Made by a program: the position numbers and the translations under genes. A DNA stretch of 64,000 nucleotides, from contig CAWIAM010000015.1 of the NCBI GenBank assembly GCA_963834215.1, forward strand, positions 43,881 to 107,880, given 5' to 3'. Under the pieces are notes generated by a model. That model did no database searches and was not told where the DNA came from. It worked only from the letters and a program-made list of their open reading frames with translations. The DNA comes from an uncultured Acidobacteriota bacterium. Lineage in GTDB: Bacteria; Acidobacteriota; Terriglobia; Acidiferrales; UBA7541. Within the stretch, counting starts at the first letter, position 1. Each line of letters opens with the position of its first letter. Of this stretch, positions 1 to 8,172 are shown piece after piece.

Positions 1-338
1 CCCAATCGGCGCCTGCGCAGTTTCATCAGCGATTGGTTCACTGCGATGCGCGCGAGCCAAGTATAGAAGCGGGAGTCCCCACGAAATGTGTCTATGTGCA
101 GGAAAGACCTGACGAAGGAATCCTGAAAAACCTCCTCGGCGTCTTCATGGTTCCGCGTAATCTTTTGCGCGAGCCGGAAAATCCGCGGTCCGTATCTTGT
201 CACGAGCTCTCCGAACGCATCCGGGTCGCGTCTCCTGGCGGCATCCACGAGCGCCAATTCGTTTGTACCCTCCAGGCGACCGATTGGACCGGATACGGGT
301 TCGTCGTTACTGATCCTGTCTAGCAAACCAGATGGCAT
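1..338 (-). CDS. ECF-type sigma-70 family RNA polymerase sigma factor (N-terminal part; gene runs off the window start)
   Basis: Absent from the ORF track because it is open at the window edge. Manual reverse translation from ATG (338-336): MPSGLLDRISNDEP...RRRDPDAFGELVTRYGPRIFRLAQKITRNHEDAEEVFQDSFVRSFLHIDTFRGDSRFYTWLARIAVNQSLMKLRRRRL, a typical sigma-70 region 2 of ECF/RpoE-like factors. Confidence 0.8.
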   Translation of the reverse strand, partial: MPSGLLDRISNDEPVSGPIGRLEGTNELALVDAARRRDPDAFGELVTRYGPRIFRLAQKITRNHEDAEEVFQDSFVRSFLHIDTFRGDSRFYTWLARIAVNQSLMKLRRRRL

Positions 339-427
339 GGTCTTGATCCTCTCTCCCTGGAACGGCGAGTTGCTGAGTTCGACGCAGGTGGTGCGGCGTT
401 TCGCACGGATCTGTCCGACTTTAGAAA

Positions 428-754
428 TCATTGGCGTGAGAGCCGCAAAAATGAGGCGATCATCCTGGACAGCCCGCGCTTGCTGCGGATTTTCAGTTCC
501 TCAATCAGGTGCGTGTTGTTGAGGCCATTGGCTGTGAATTGCGCGCCATCTCTTGACATGGCGCGCAGCAGCCTTCTCCCACGTTTGTCCAGAAATGTGA
601 GTGCCTCGAGATCAACGATGCAGGTGCGTCCCTTGCGGATACGGTTTGCCGTACTCCAATTTGCCTTCACCTCGGTAACCTGGGATCCGATAAGGCGGCC
701 TTGGAAAACCCAGCGCATTTCCGTGGAGGTTTCGGTGATGATGATCCTCAGCAC
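428..754 (-). CDS. STAS-domain protein (anti-sigma-factor antagonist-like), paralog 1
   Basis: C-terminal 108 aa of ORF 428..940. VLRIIITETSTEMRWVFQGRLIGSQVTEVKANW...CIVDLEALTFLDKRGRRLLRAM... is collinear with the paralog at 1692..1970. GTG at 754 is preceded by GAGAGG (5-nt spacer). The longer ORF would overlap the upstream kinase gene. ATG at 790 is an alternative start. Confidence 0.65.
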   Translation of the reverse strand: MLRIIITETSTEMRWVFQGRLIGSQVTEVKANWSTANRIRKGRTCIVDLEALTFLDKRGRRLLRAMSRDGAQFTANGLNNTHLIEELKIRSKRGLSRMIASFLRLSRQ

Positions 755-878
755 ATTTGCCTCTCGCGCGTCCGCGTCGCACGCAAGCATGTGCCGACGT
801 CTGACGCAGGGAGCGCTAGTGGTATCAGCAAGACGGTGCCAGTCGGATTCGTCGCTCCGTCGAGGATTCCTGTTCGGG

Positions 879-1352
879 TCATTGGGTGCATCTCTTTCGC
901 ATATGGACTTCGGTGCCTTCGCATTCAAAAGAGACCTCATCCATCTGCGATCTCATCAACAAGATGCCTCGCCCGTTCTCGGCGCTGAGGTTTTCGGCAG
1001 CCAAAGGATCGGGAATCGCGTCCGGGTCAAATCCCGTCCCCTGGTCCTTGACGACCACAAACAAACCCTTGCCCAATTCGCACCGGCAATAAACGCGAAC
1101 CAGCTTGCCCGGATCCAGACGGTTGCCGTGCAGCACCGCATTATTGAGAGCCTCACGAAGGGCGATCTCAACGGAAAGCTCTTCCCCGGGGACGCAGCGC
1201 GATTTTTCGATCAAACGGGTCAACCGATCCACTAGCGGTGAGATGGCTTTGACGTCACTTGGCATCCGAGCTTCGATTTCCAGGCATGAATCAGTCCGGC
1301 GTGTTCCCACAGACTCGATTCGCAAATTCGCTGGATGGTTCACGATGAGCAC
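879..1352 (-). CDS. RsbW/SpoIIAB-like anti-sigma factor serine kinase (HATPase_c)
   Basis: 157 aa. N-box EALNNAVLHGN, G1 box VKDQGTGFD, G2-like NGRGILLM. Small single-domain GHKL kinase next to STAS genes. GTG start; the exact start is uncertain. Confidence 0.8.
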   Translation of the reverse strand: MLIVNHPANLRIESVGTRRTDSCLEIEARMPSDVKAISPLVDRLTRLIEKSRCVPGEELSVEIALREALNNAVLHGNRLDPGKLVRVYCRCELGKGLFVVVKDQGTGFDPDAIPDPLAAENLSAENGRGILLMRSQMDEVSFECEGTEVHMRKRCTQ

Positions 1353-1397
1353 CCCGCCGCATCAGACGCGTCGCTCTCTTTTCGCACCGAGAAATGT

Positions 1398-1413
1398 TGC
1401 AATGTGCCCGCCA
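1398..1413 (-). promoter_or_regulatory. Candidate sigma-54 (-24/-12) promoter for the kinase-STAS-ECF sigma operon
   Basis: The minus strand reads TGGCGG-gcaca-TTGCA, with GG-N10-GC spacing as in the consensus TGGCAC-N5-TTGCW. It lies about 45 nt upstream of the GTG at 1352. Confidence 0.45.
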
Positions 1414-1495
1414 ACAGCACGCCGGAACAGAATTTGCGGCAAATGATTGAAGACAGAAGAGCTGTGCACGGCGACAAGGCGCTTTGAAGGGAAAC

Positions 1496-1550
1496 TGTCG
1501 GCGCCTCCGACACTTTTCCCGACAAGTGTCGACGGTCTACGACACTTGAA
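1496..1550. promoter_or_regulatory. Candidate enhancer (UAS): cluster of CGACA/TGTCG half-sites
   Basis: 17-bp dyad TGTCGG-cgcct-CCGACA (1496-1512), then CCGACA-ag-TGTCGA (1519-1532) and CGACACTTGA (1540-1549). It sits 85-150 bp from both candidate sigma-54 promoters. The 10-mer CGACACTTGA recurs at 4777-4786 (minus strand), 18 nt upstream of the sigma-54 activator ATG. Confidence 0.4.
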
Positions 1551-1647
1551 TCCACCCATCGCCCGTATTTCGTCTTGGCTCTTCCTTCGAACCGTTGTTG
1601 CTTCTGCTGCTTAGGGATTCATCGCGTTTGGTGCAGATCCAGTCTTC

Positions 1648-1663
1648 TGGCCCTGCATTTGCA
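1648..1663 (+). promoter_or_regulatory. Candidate sigma-54 (-24/-12) promoter for the STAS-PP2C operon
   Basis: TGGCCC-tgcat-TTGCA with GG-N10-GC spacing and a perfect -12 TTGCA. It ends 29 nt upstream of the ATG at 1692. Confidence 0.55.
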
Positions 1664-1691
1664 GTGTCCAACACGTGCGGAGAAGCAACGG

Positions 1692-1970
1692 ATGCTGAGG
1701 ATTACGATCACCAACACGGCGAAGCAAGAACTGTGGACCCTGCAAGGCCGTCTTGTCACGCCGTGGGTCAGCGAACTGAAGGCGAATTGGAACAGGGCAC
1801 ATCGGGCAACTCAGGGCCGGAGGTGCATCGTGAATCTCCATGAAGTCACATTCATTGACAAGAGCGGGGAGCGAATGTTGCGGCGCATGTTCAACCAGGG
1901 CGCGCAACTTGTCGCCAGTGATGTGTATGTCAGGCAGGTGCTTGATCGCCTTCGGAGAAAGACGAATTAA
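1692..1970 (+). CDS. STAS-domain protein (anti-sigma-factor antagonist-like), paralog 2
   Basis: Internal ATG of ORF 1575..1970. MLRITITNTAKQELWTLQGRLVTPWVSELKANW...CIVNLHEVTFIDKSGERMLRRM..., with a STAS-like beta-alpha pattern. GGAG lies upstream of the ATG. Confidence 0.7.
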   Translation: MLRITITNTAKQELWTLQGRLVTPWVSELKANWNRAHRATQGRRCIVNLHEVTFIDKSGERMLRRMFNQGAQLVASDVYVRQVLDRLRRKTN

Positions 1971-3170
1971 TTGACGGAAATCCGGCGTCCGGGGATCAGC
2001 CAAATGAGTGATTTCGTGCAAAGTAAAACGCCGCAATCACTGCAAGAAATGGAGCCTATTCTTGAAACACTGAATGACGGCGTCGTCGTCGCAGACGATT
2101 CTGATCAGATTCTTTTTGTCAATACGGTTTTCGAGGAAATGACAGGATTCCCTCGCAGCCAAATCATCGGCCGGAACGCCCGTCAGTTGTATCACCGGGC
2201 CGATGAGCTTGCTCTCGCCCAGGCGCTTAACCAGAAAGCCCTGGAGATGGGACGGGCCCGCGAAGAGTTGTCCCTGCCCACGAAAGACGGCGGGCGACTG
2301 CCCGTGGTGGTTAGCCTGCGCGCAATGCACGGACCCGATGGAGAACATTTCTCGGTCGTTACGTTGACCGATATTTCGGAACAAAAGCGCACGGAAGAAA
2401 AGCTCCGCGATGCTATCGCGGGGCTCGAAAAGCGCCAGCGAGAAATTGACCAAGACCTGGTCCTGGCGGCTCGAGTACAGCAGAGCCTGGCACCCGAGCC
2501 CTTTCTCTGGGGAGGCATGGGTGTCGACACTTTCTACCAACCGGCGCATACAATCGGCGGCGACTTCGGCCTTGTGAGGCCGTCGGACGAGAAACATCTG
2601 AATCTACTGGTCTGCGATGTCTCGGGACACGGCATCAGTTCCGCGCTCGTCGCCAACCGAATATACTCGGAGACGGTTACGCTGCTAGGTAATCGTGCGC
2701 CGCTCGCTGATGTACTTCGCCGGCTGAACTCTCTTGTAATTCAGAATATTGGCACGTCAGGATTTTTCTTCACACTGGCGGCAGCCCGAATTGATCGCGA
2801 CGCCCGGACCATGGAGTTCGCCGGAGCCGGACACCCGCCAGCAATGATTGTTCAGCCCGGAGCCGAGCCTCGCCTGCTCCGGTCCCGAAGCGTAGTTCTA
2901 GGCATGTTGCCGGACGCGGTGAATGCCGATGCGACGCTTTACAGAGAGCTCGAGTATGGCGACCGCATCGTGTTGTACACGGACGGCCTCACCGACGTGT
3001 TCAACTCGCGTGGCGAAATGCTCAAAGTGGAAGGAGTCCAAAGCTTCGTCCGCGAAACAGCGCTTCTGCCATTTGGCGAAATGAAGCAAGGCATTCTCGA
3101 CCGCGTTGCCGCGTGGCGCGATGGGCCGCCGGGCGACGACGTGTCACTTGTGCTTGTCGAAGTGCGCTGA
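1971..3170 (+). CDS. PAS-domain PP2C (SpoIIE/RsbU-type) serine phosphatase
   Basis: 399 aa. N-terminal PAS (LNDGVVVADDSDQILFVNTVFEEMTGF), a coiled linker, and a C-terminal SpoIIE/PP2C domain (GGDFGLV, LVCDVSGHGISSAL, YTDGLTD, DDVSLVLVEV). The TTG at 1971 abuts the STAS stop; ATG at 2004 is an alternative start. Confidence 0.85.
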   Translation: MTEIRRPGISQMSDFVQSKTPQSLQEMEPILETLNDGVVVADDSDQILFVNTVFEEMTGFPRSQIIGRNARQLYHRADELALAQALNQKALEMGRAREELSLPTKDGGRLPVVVSLRAMHGPDGEHFSVVTLTDISEQKRTEEKLRDAIAGLEKRQREIDQDLVLAARVQQSLAPEPFLWGGMGVDTFYQPAHTIGGDFGLVRPSDEKHLNLLVCDVSGHGISSALVANRIYSETVTLLGNRAPLADVLRRLNSLVIQNIGTSGFFFTLAAARIDRDARTMEFAGAGHPPAMIVQPGAEPRLLRSRSVVLGMLPDAVNADATLYRELEYGDRIVLYTDGLTDVFNSRGEMLKVEGVQSFVRETALLPFGEMKQGILDRVAAWRDGPPGDDVSLVLVEVR

Positions 3171-3178
3171 AGAGCGGC

Positions 3179-4759
3179 TCACGAAATCTTTCGCGGATCA
3201 ATCCCCAACTTCTTCATCCGTGTGAGCAACGTAGTGCGCTTTAGTCCCAAGCGGGCCGCGGCGCCGTTGGGACCTCCGACGCGTCCCTTGGTTTCTCTCA
3301 GTATTCGTACAATCCTATCTCGTTCATCGAAGTTCTCGGCTCTTGCCGGAGACAACTTGGTGTCACCGCTTCCCAATTCAGGTACAGAGATCGCGAGCGT
3401 GCTGCTGCGCGTGAGGATCACTGCGCGTTCTACAAGGTTCTGAAGCTCACGAACGTTTCCGGGCCAATGCCATCGTGCCAGCTTCCGGAGCGCTGCCGCG
3501 GGGATATTTTCGATTCGCTTTTGCATGCGGCGCGCGTACTTTTGGCTGAAGTATCGCACCAACAAAGGAATGTCTTCCGGCCGGTCGCGCAAGGGAGGAA
3601 GGCGGATCGGAAAAACATCCAGGCGGTAGTAGAGATCGCTTCGAAATTGCTTTTCTTCAATCATCCGGTCCAGCTCACGATTGGTCGCAGCGATCAGCCG
3701 AATGTCGACTTTCTTCGTGCGTGTGCTTCCCAGCCGCTCGAATTCTCTGTCCTGCAAAACGCGCAGAAGCTTTGGCTGGAGTTCCAGCGGGATGTCGCCG
3801 ACTTCATCCAGAAACAACGTGCCTTGGTCAGCCAGTTCCAGTCGGCCAATCTTCTGTGTGACCGCGCCGGTGAAGGCACCGCGTTCGTGGCCAAAGAGCT
3901 CGCTTTCAAGCAAACCAGTGGGAATCGCTGCACAGTTTAGCTCGACAAATGTTCGCGCGTTGCGGCGGCTGCGCTCATGAATGGCGCGCGCGACGAGTTC
4001 CTTTCCGGTGCCTGTTTCTCCCAGCAGAAGCACGGTCGAATCACTCGTGGCAACCGTTTCGGCCAGTTGCAGAGCCTGCCGCAGCGCCGAGCTCTGCCCA
4101 ATAATCCCTTCAAAATCCGACGTGCTGCGAATCTCCTCTTCTAAATAAAGTTTTTCCTGCGCGAGTTTGTCTTTTAGCTCGGCGATCTCTCTATAGGCTA
4201 AGGCGTTCTCGATGGCGATTGCCACCTGACCTGCCACTCGCACCAAAAAGTCCACGTCCTCGAGGCTGAACGAGTTCTCGATTCGGCTGGCGATCGCTAG
4301 AACCCCGAGCGTTCGGTTTCGGCTGATCAGGGGCAGCATGCAGCCAGACTCGATGGCTTCCGCACGAGCCAAATGGGCTGAAAGCTCACTCTTGACATCG
4401 GCTTTTGTTCTTAAGAGAAGAGGTTTGGCGGTAGTAAATACACTGCCTATCTCGGACCCCTCGATCGGGCGCAGCAAACCCTCCTTCGCCACTCCCTTGC
4501 TTTCTGGAAAGTCCATCACGATGTGGCGCAATTGACGACGCTCCGAATCCGGAAGCCATACCCCGACGAGGTCGCAGTGCATGTCCTGTCGAATGCTCGC
4601 CGAGATTGTACGGAGGAGATCGCGGGGTTCCAAATTCGAGATCATCGCGTTCGTCATGTCCAGCAATAGCTTCAGTCGGTCGCTTTCGCGCCGCAGTTCC
4701 GGTGTTGCGCTGGGCGACTCTTGGGAGTTGAATGACGGGTTTGGTAACGAAGAGCGCAT
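3179..4759 (-). CDS. Sigma-54-dependent transcriptional activator with N-terminal GAF domain (Fis-type HTH)
   Basis: Walker A GETGTGKE, sigma-54 contact loop GAFTGA, Walker B LFLDEVGD, C-terminal HTH AAARLGLKRTTLLTRMKKLGI. The N-terminal ~200 aa is GAF-like. ATG at 4759 (GGGGA upstream) is preferred over the TTG at 4867 given by the ORF track. Confidence 0.9.
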   Translation of the reverse strand: MRSSLPNPSFNSQESPSATPELRRESDRLKLLLDMTNAMISNLEPRDLLRTISASIRQDMHCDLVGVWLPDSERRQLRHIVMDFPESKGVAKEGLLRPIEGSEIGSVFTTAKPLLLRTKADVKSELSAHLARAEAIESGCMLPLISRNRTLGVLAIASRIENSFSLEDVDFLVRVAGQVAIAIENALAYREIAELKDKLAQEKLYLEEEIRSTSDFEGIIGQSSALRQALQLAETVATSDSTVLLLGETGTGKELVARAIHERSRRNARTFVELNCAAIPTGLLESELFGHERGAFTGAVTQKIGRLELADQGTLFLDEVGDIPLELQPKLLRVLQDREFERLGSTRTKKVDIRLIAATNRELDRMIEEKQFRSDLYYRLDVFPIRLPPLRDRPEDIPLLVRYFSQKYARRMQKRIENIPAAALRKLARWHWPGNVRELQNLVERAVILTRSSTLAISVPELGSGDTKLSPARAENFDERDRIVRILRETKGRVGGPNGAAARLGLKRTTLLTRMKKLGIDPRKIS

Positions 4760-4952
4760 TCTTACATTCCCCTGTGTCAAGTGTCGCACAAATTTGCACG
4801 GGAATTCCGAGTCTCGTCTCCTGTTTAAGACTGTCACATGATCAGACGCTTGTGACCGGTGGCGCAATCTGACCCTCGCCGAAGGAGCTACTGGCGCGAT
4901 CGATCTTTCCGAAGAACACCATGATGTCGTTCGGATCTCCCATCTCGAGTTC

Positions 4953-5687
4953 CTAGGCGCCTGTGATGGTCCGCTCCAGCGAAGATAGACTCAACAGCAG
5001 GGCACAAGGGACCAGCAGAGTCCACACGCCCAGATGGTGCGCCACTGCCGATCCGAGCACGGCTCCAACGAGGAACGCACTCCACACGCTGGCCAACACA
5101 GCCGCTCGCCGCCAACGCGTGTCCGATGAACCCTGAGCGTCCGGTAGCGGTGTGCGCTTGATCCCCAACGCGAGGTGCTGAGCCAAACTGTTCAAGTCTC
5201 CGGTCACAAAACCCAGGCTGACGTTCTGTCCGCCGACGCGGGTGATGGATGTGTTCAAAATGCCCATCGCGGTGCTCAAAAGCGTGATACTCGACCATTC
5301 TGGCCACGCCCGGTAGGCCGCGATTGCGCTGATCAACAGCATGGTCGAGACCAGAACCGAAAGTCGAAGCAACGACCGGCGTTGATCGGCGCGCGGCATC
5401 GATGTCCCCACAAAAATACCGAGCACAAAGAATGGAATCGGGAGCAAGCTGTGCCCTGCAGCGGCCAGCTTGGCCTGCCCGGCCTGCGCACCGCCGGAAG
5501 TCGTGTTGCCGCTCATGAATGAGGCGAAAACGCCGAAGTTCAAAAGTGCGTACGAGTCCACATACCCCGAAATCAGCGCGAGGCCGGTGGCTCTGCGCCA
5601 TTCGGTGACTACGGTTTTTTGCAATGTCGGTACTGTCGCTCCGACATAGCTGAAGTCCTCGTGCTCCTGACGTTTGATCTCTGGCAT
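4953..5687 (-). CDS. YoaK/DUF1275 family membrane protein
   Basis: 244 aa, multi-pass and hydrophobic. The ALISGYVDSYALLNFGVFASFMSGNTT motif is typical of DUF1275. Confidence 0.7.
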   Translation of the reverse strand: MPEIKRQEHEDFSYVGATVPTLQKTVVTEWRRATGLALISGYVDSYALLNFGVFASFMSGNTTSGGAQAGQAKLAAAGHSLLPIPFFVLGIFVGTSMPRADQRRSLLRLSVLVSTMLLISAIAAYRAWPEWSSITLLSTAMGILNTSITRVGGQNVSLGFVTGDLNSLAQHLALGIKRTPLPDAQGSSDTRWRRAAVLASVWSAFLVGAVLGSAVAHHLGVWTLLVPCALLLSLSSLERTITGA

Positions 5688-5927
5688 CGCGGGTCCACTA
5701 GATTGATACGGTCTCTGCGTTAGCTTTCAAATTCACTTCCATCGGAATTTACGACTCTCCCGCATGCATCGCGAACTGTAGCAATCCATGTCTGCTGGTT
5801 TTTTCTCGCGTGGGTCTGACGTTTACGCGGAATCACCCTTCTCCTTGTGCGCAGCGGGAAGTTTTGCGCAAGCTAAAGTGACCCAATTCGCCACGCAATA
5901 TCCGGCGCCTGCGGCGCGGAGCCAGAT

Positions 5928-6095
5928 TCAACCGGTCGAGCCTACCTCGGCGTCCTTGCCGTCGCCATCGACGATCGCTTCATGCTTTGGGCCGAGGTTG
6001 CTGACGCCCGCCTGTTGAATGGAAGCCCGGCGATTTGCGGTATCGACCGTCGGATTGTCGAACGGCGCCGATTTTTTCGGCGTATTTTTCCCCAT
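5928..6095 (-). CDS. Small hydrophilic hypothetical protein (55 aa)
   Basis: Below the ORF-track size cutoff. ATG at 6095 is preceded by AGGAG with a 6-nt spacer. MGKNTPKKSAPFDNPTVDTANRRASIQQAGVSNLGPKHEAIVDGDGKDAEVGSTG. No recognisable domain. Confidence 0.3.
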   Translation of the reverse strand: MGKNTPKKSAPFDNPTVDTANRRASIQQAGVSNLGPKHEAIVDGDGKDAEVGSTG

Positions 6096-6201
6096 GGAAC
6101 GCTCCTCTGTTATTTAGTGAATTCCAAAATCTCGAAACGAAGCGCCAACGCGTCCATCTTGCGGCATAAAGGCAATCTATTCTGTTAAGTGTGGAAGTCG
6201 T

Positions 6202-8172
6202 TCAATACTGCGGAAGCTTCGTCTTCGTCACGTCCGGATCGACGTCAATTCCATGCCGCTGCAACGTGTCCCCAAGCGCTCGATACAATTGCACGGTAGC
6301 CTTCTTCCAAGCCAACTGAGCCGCGATCTCGGTCGTCTCAGCTTGTGTCAGATAACTCTGCTGCTCGATTACAGCAAAAGTTGTGGAGAAGACCGCACGA
6401 AACTTTTCCGCCTCGGCACTGAGAAGCTGCTCCTGTAGATTCCTGGCGGTTGCGGCTGCCTGTGCTGCCTGCTTGGCAGTGTTCAGGGCGATCACTGCAT
6501 TTCTTACCTCCGCGGCAGCCTGCGCCTCCATCTGCACCCGACGCAATCGTTCTTGCTGAAGTTGCGCACGGTCAGCACCCAGGTCGGCCTCGGCGACCTT
6601 ATTCCGTACGGGCACATTAAACTGAATACCTGCTTCCAATATTTCTGAAGCACGAAGTCCGCCAGTGGGTATCGTGTCAAGGATGGGAGCACCGGTTGTG
6701 AGATCGCCGCCCACTGGAACAAGGCTCGGGCTGATGACCCCTCGACTCTGGAATGAGCCATACAGATCGAGTTCTGGCAGCCGGGCATTGGCAGAGCCCG
6801 CGACGGCGCGTTCTCCGTTGCTCACTTGCAGCTTGGACTGTCTTATGTCAGGCCGCTGCTCCAGGGCGTGTTGGATGAGCTCGGCCATCGGAGAAAGTGG
6901 CGTATCCGGTGGTGATGAAAGTTCATCCGTCGCCACAATATCTACCAGTTTTGCATCGGGAGTCGAGAGCGATTGCGGATCAATGACACTTCGCAGGACA
7001 TTCTCCTGTTGCTCTCGGAGTGAATTTGCCTGTGTAAGGGCAAGTTGGCTCGCGGCCACTAGAGCCTCCGCACGCGCCACCTCGATCGGAGGCATACGCC
7101 CAAGATCTGACTGCTGCCGATTATCGTTCAGCAGACGATTCGCTGCATCCAGAGCCATTTGTTGCACTTTAACGGAATTCTGCAAACTCACGAGGTCCCA
7201 ATACAGACTCTCGACGCCAGAAACCGTGCTTATCATCTGTTGCTCGAGGATGTTCGCGGAGATCTTTTTATTTGTCTTAGCCATCTCTATGTAACGGGTG
7301 TTGTTCTTGCGACCAGCGCCACGAAGCAGTGGTTGGGCGATAAGGGCAGTCGCGTTGGGATGCGTGAACGGAACCGCGGAGGATCGACCGGAGTAAAACG
7401 AATCAACGAAGTCATTGATTCCAAGCTGGATCGAAGTACCGGTGGAGAAGCCTTTCACCGCAATTACGTTCCCCAGCGTGTTATTCGTAATTGTTGTATC
7501 TCCGGCAGTAGTGGAACCTGAGTTCACGAGTGCATTGCTTGGATCTCTCCGAATCCAACCGAATTGCCCCTGCAGATTAAGATCGAAAACTGGGACTGAA
7601 ACACCGGGCGAAAACGGCGACGTGGCAATCGACAGAGAGTGTTGTGCCGACAGAACATGGCTGGCATCGTAGGAAGATGGAATCGTGATTCCCGAGGGCT
7701 CGATGCCATTCGGCGACAGCGTTGACGCCGTGGAATCGAGAAGTGGGAGGGGTGCTACTAACTCCCCAGCCGGCGCTTCGGCAATGTTGTAATTAATTGA
7801 ACGGGGGACGGCACCGCCTTCCGTTCTTGTGACGCTGAAATCAGCCACCGACTGATCGATCTGCTCCAATCGGATGTCGAGGTTATTCTCAAGAGCCATG
7901 CGGATGGCCTGTTGCAACGACAGCTGCATGCTATCGGAACTGGACTCCTGGCCCGCCGCTTCCGCATGAAAGGCGAGCCGAGCAGGCGAGGATGCCTCAA
8001 TTCTGTCCTCGTTAGTTCGGAAGCTTCCCCTCGTTTCGGATGTAGATTGGCACACACCCCGCGTGCAAACGAACCCGAGCGCCAGGAGCACCACGCAGAT
8101 TCTCACGTCCCTCGTCCACGAAATCAGCGCGAACGATGAATTTTGAGATGCCCTACGGCAGATGCGAATCAT
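6202..8172 (-). CDS. TolC-family outer-membrane efflux protein (long form, 656 aa)
   Basis: Signal-like N-terminus, two OEP-type coiled repeats (LSLQQAIRMALENNLDIR...; HALEQRPDIRQSKLQV...), and an ATGA start/stop overlap with the adaptor gene at 8169-8172. Confidence 0.8.
   Translation of the reverse strand: MIRICRRASQNSSFALISWTRDVRICVVLLALGFVCTRGVCQSTSETRGSFRTNEDRIEASSPARLAFHAEAAGQESSSDSMQLSLQQAIRMALENNLDIRLEQIDQSVADFSVTRTEGGAVPRSINYNIAEAPAGELVAPLPLLDSTASTLSPNGIEPSGITIPSSYDASHVLSAQHSLSIATSPFSPGVSVPVFDLNLQGQFGWIRRDPSNALVNSGSTTAGDTTITNNTLGNVIAVKGFSTGTSIQLGINDFVDSFYSGRSSAVPFTHPNATALIAQPLLRGAGRKNNTRYIEMAKTNKKISANILEQQMISTVSGVESLYWDLVSLQNSVKVQQMALDAANRLLNDNRQQSDLGRMPPIEVARAEALVAASQLALTQANSLREQQENVLRSVIDPQSLSTPDAKLVDIVATDELSSPPDTPLSPMAELIQHALEQRPDIRQSKLQVSNGERAVAGSANARLPELDLYGSFQSRGVISPSLVPVGGDLTTGAPILDTIPTGGLRASEILEAGIQFNVPVRNKVAEADLGADRAQLQQERLRRVQMEAQAAAEVRNAVIALNTAKQAAQAAATARNLQEQLLSAEAEKFRAVFSTTFAVIEQQSYLTQAETTEIAAQLAWKKATVQLYRALGDTLQRHGIDVDPDVTKTKLPQY

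Noticed and set aside
33-323. 96-aa plus-strand ORF at the window start
   Set aside because: It is antisense to a clearly recognisable ECF sigma-factor reading frame (region 2 motifs), and its own translation has no protein-like features.
4760-4867. TTG-initiated 5' extension of the sigma-54 activator ORF
   Set aside because: The extension has no domain features. The ATG at 4759 has a purine-rich RBS-like element, and the CGACACTTGA site falls in the extension, which is more consistent with a regulatory leader.
5726-5741. Sigma-54-like element TGGAAG-N5-TTGAA (minus strand) upstream of the DUF1275 gene
   Set aside because: The -12 element has GA instead of the near-invariant GC, so I treat it as a chance near-match.
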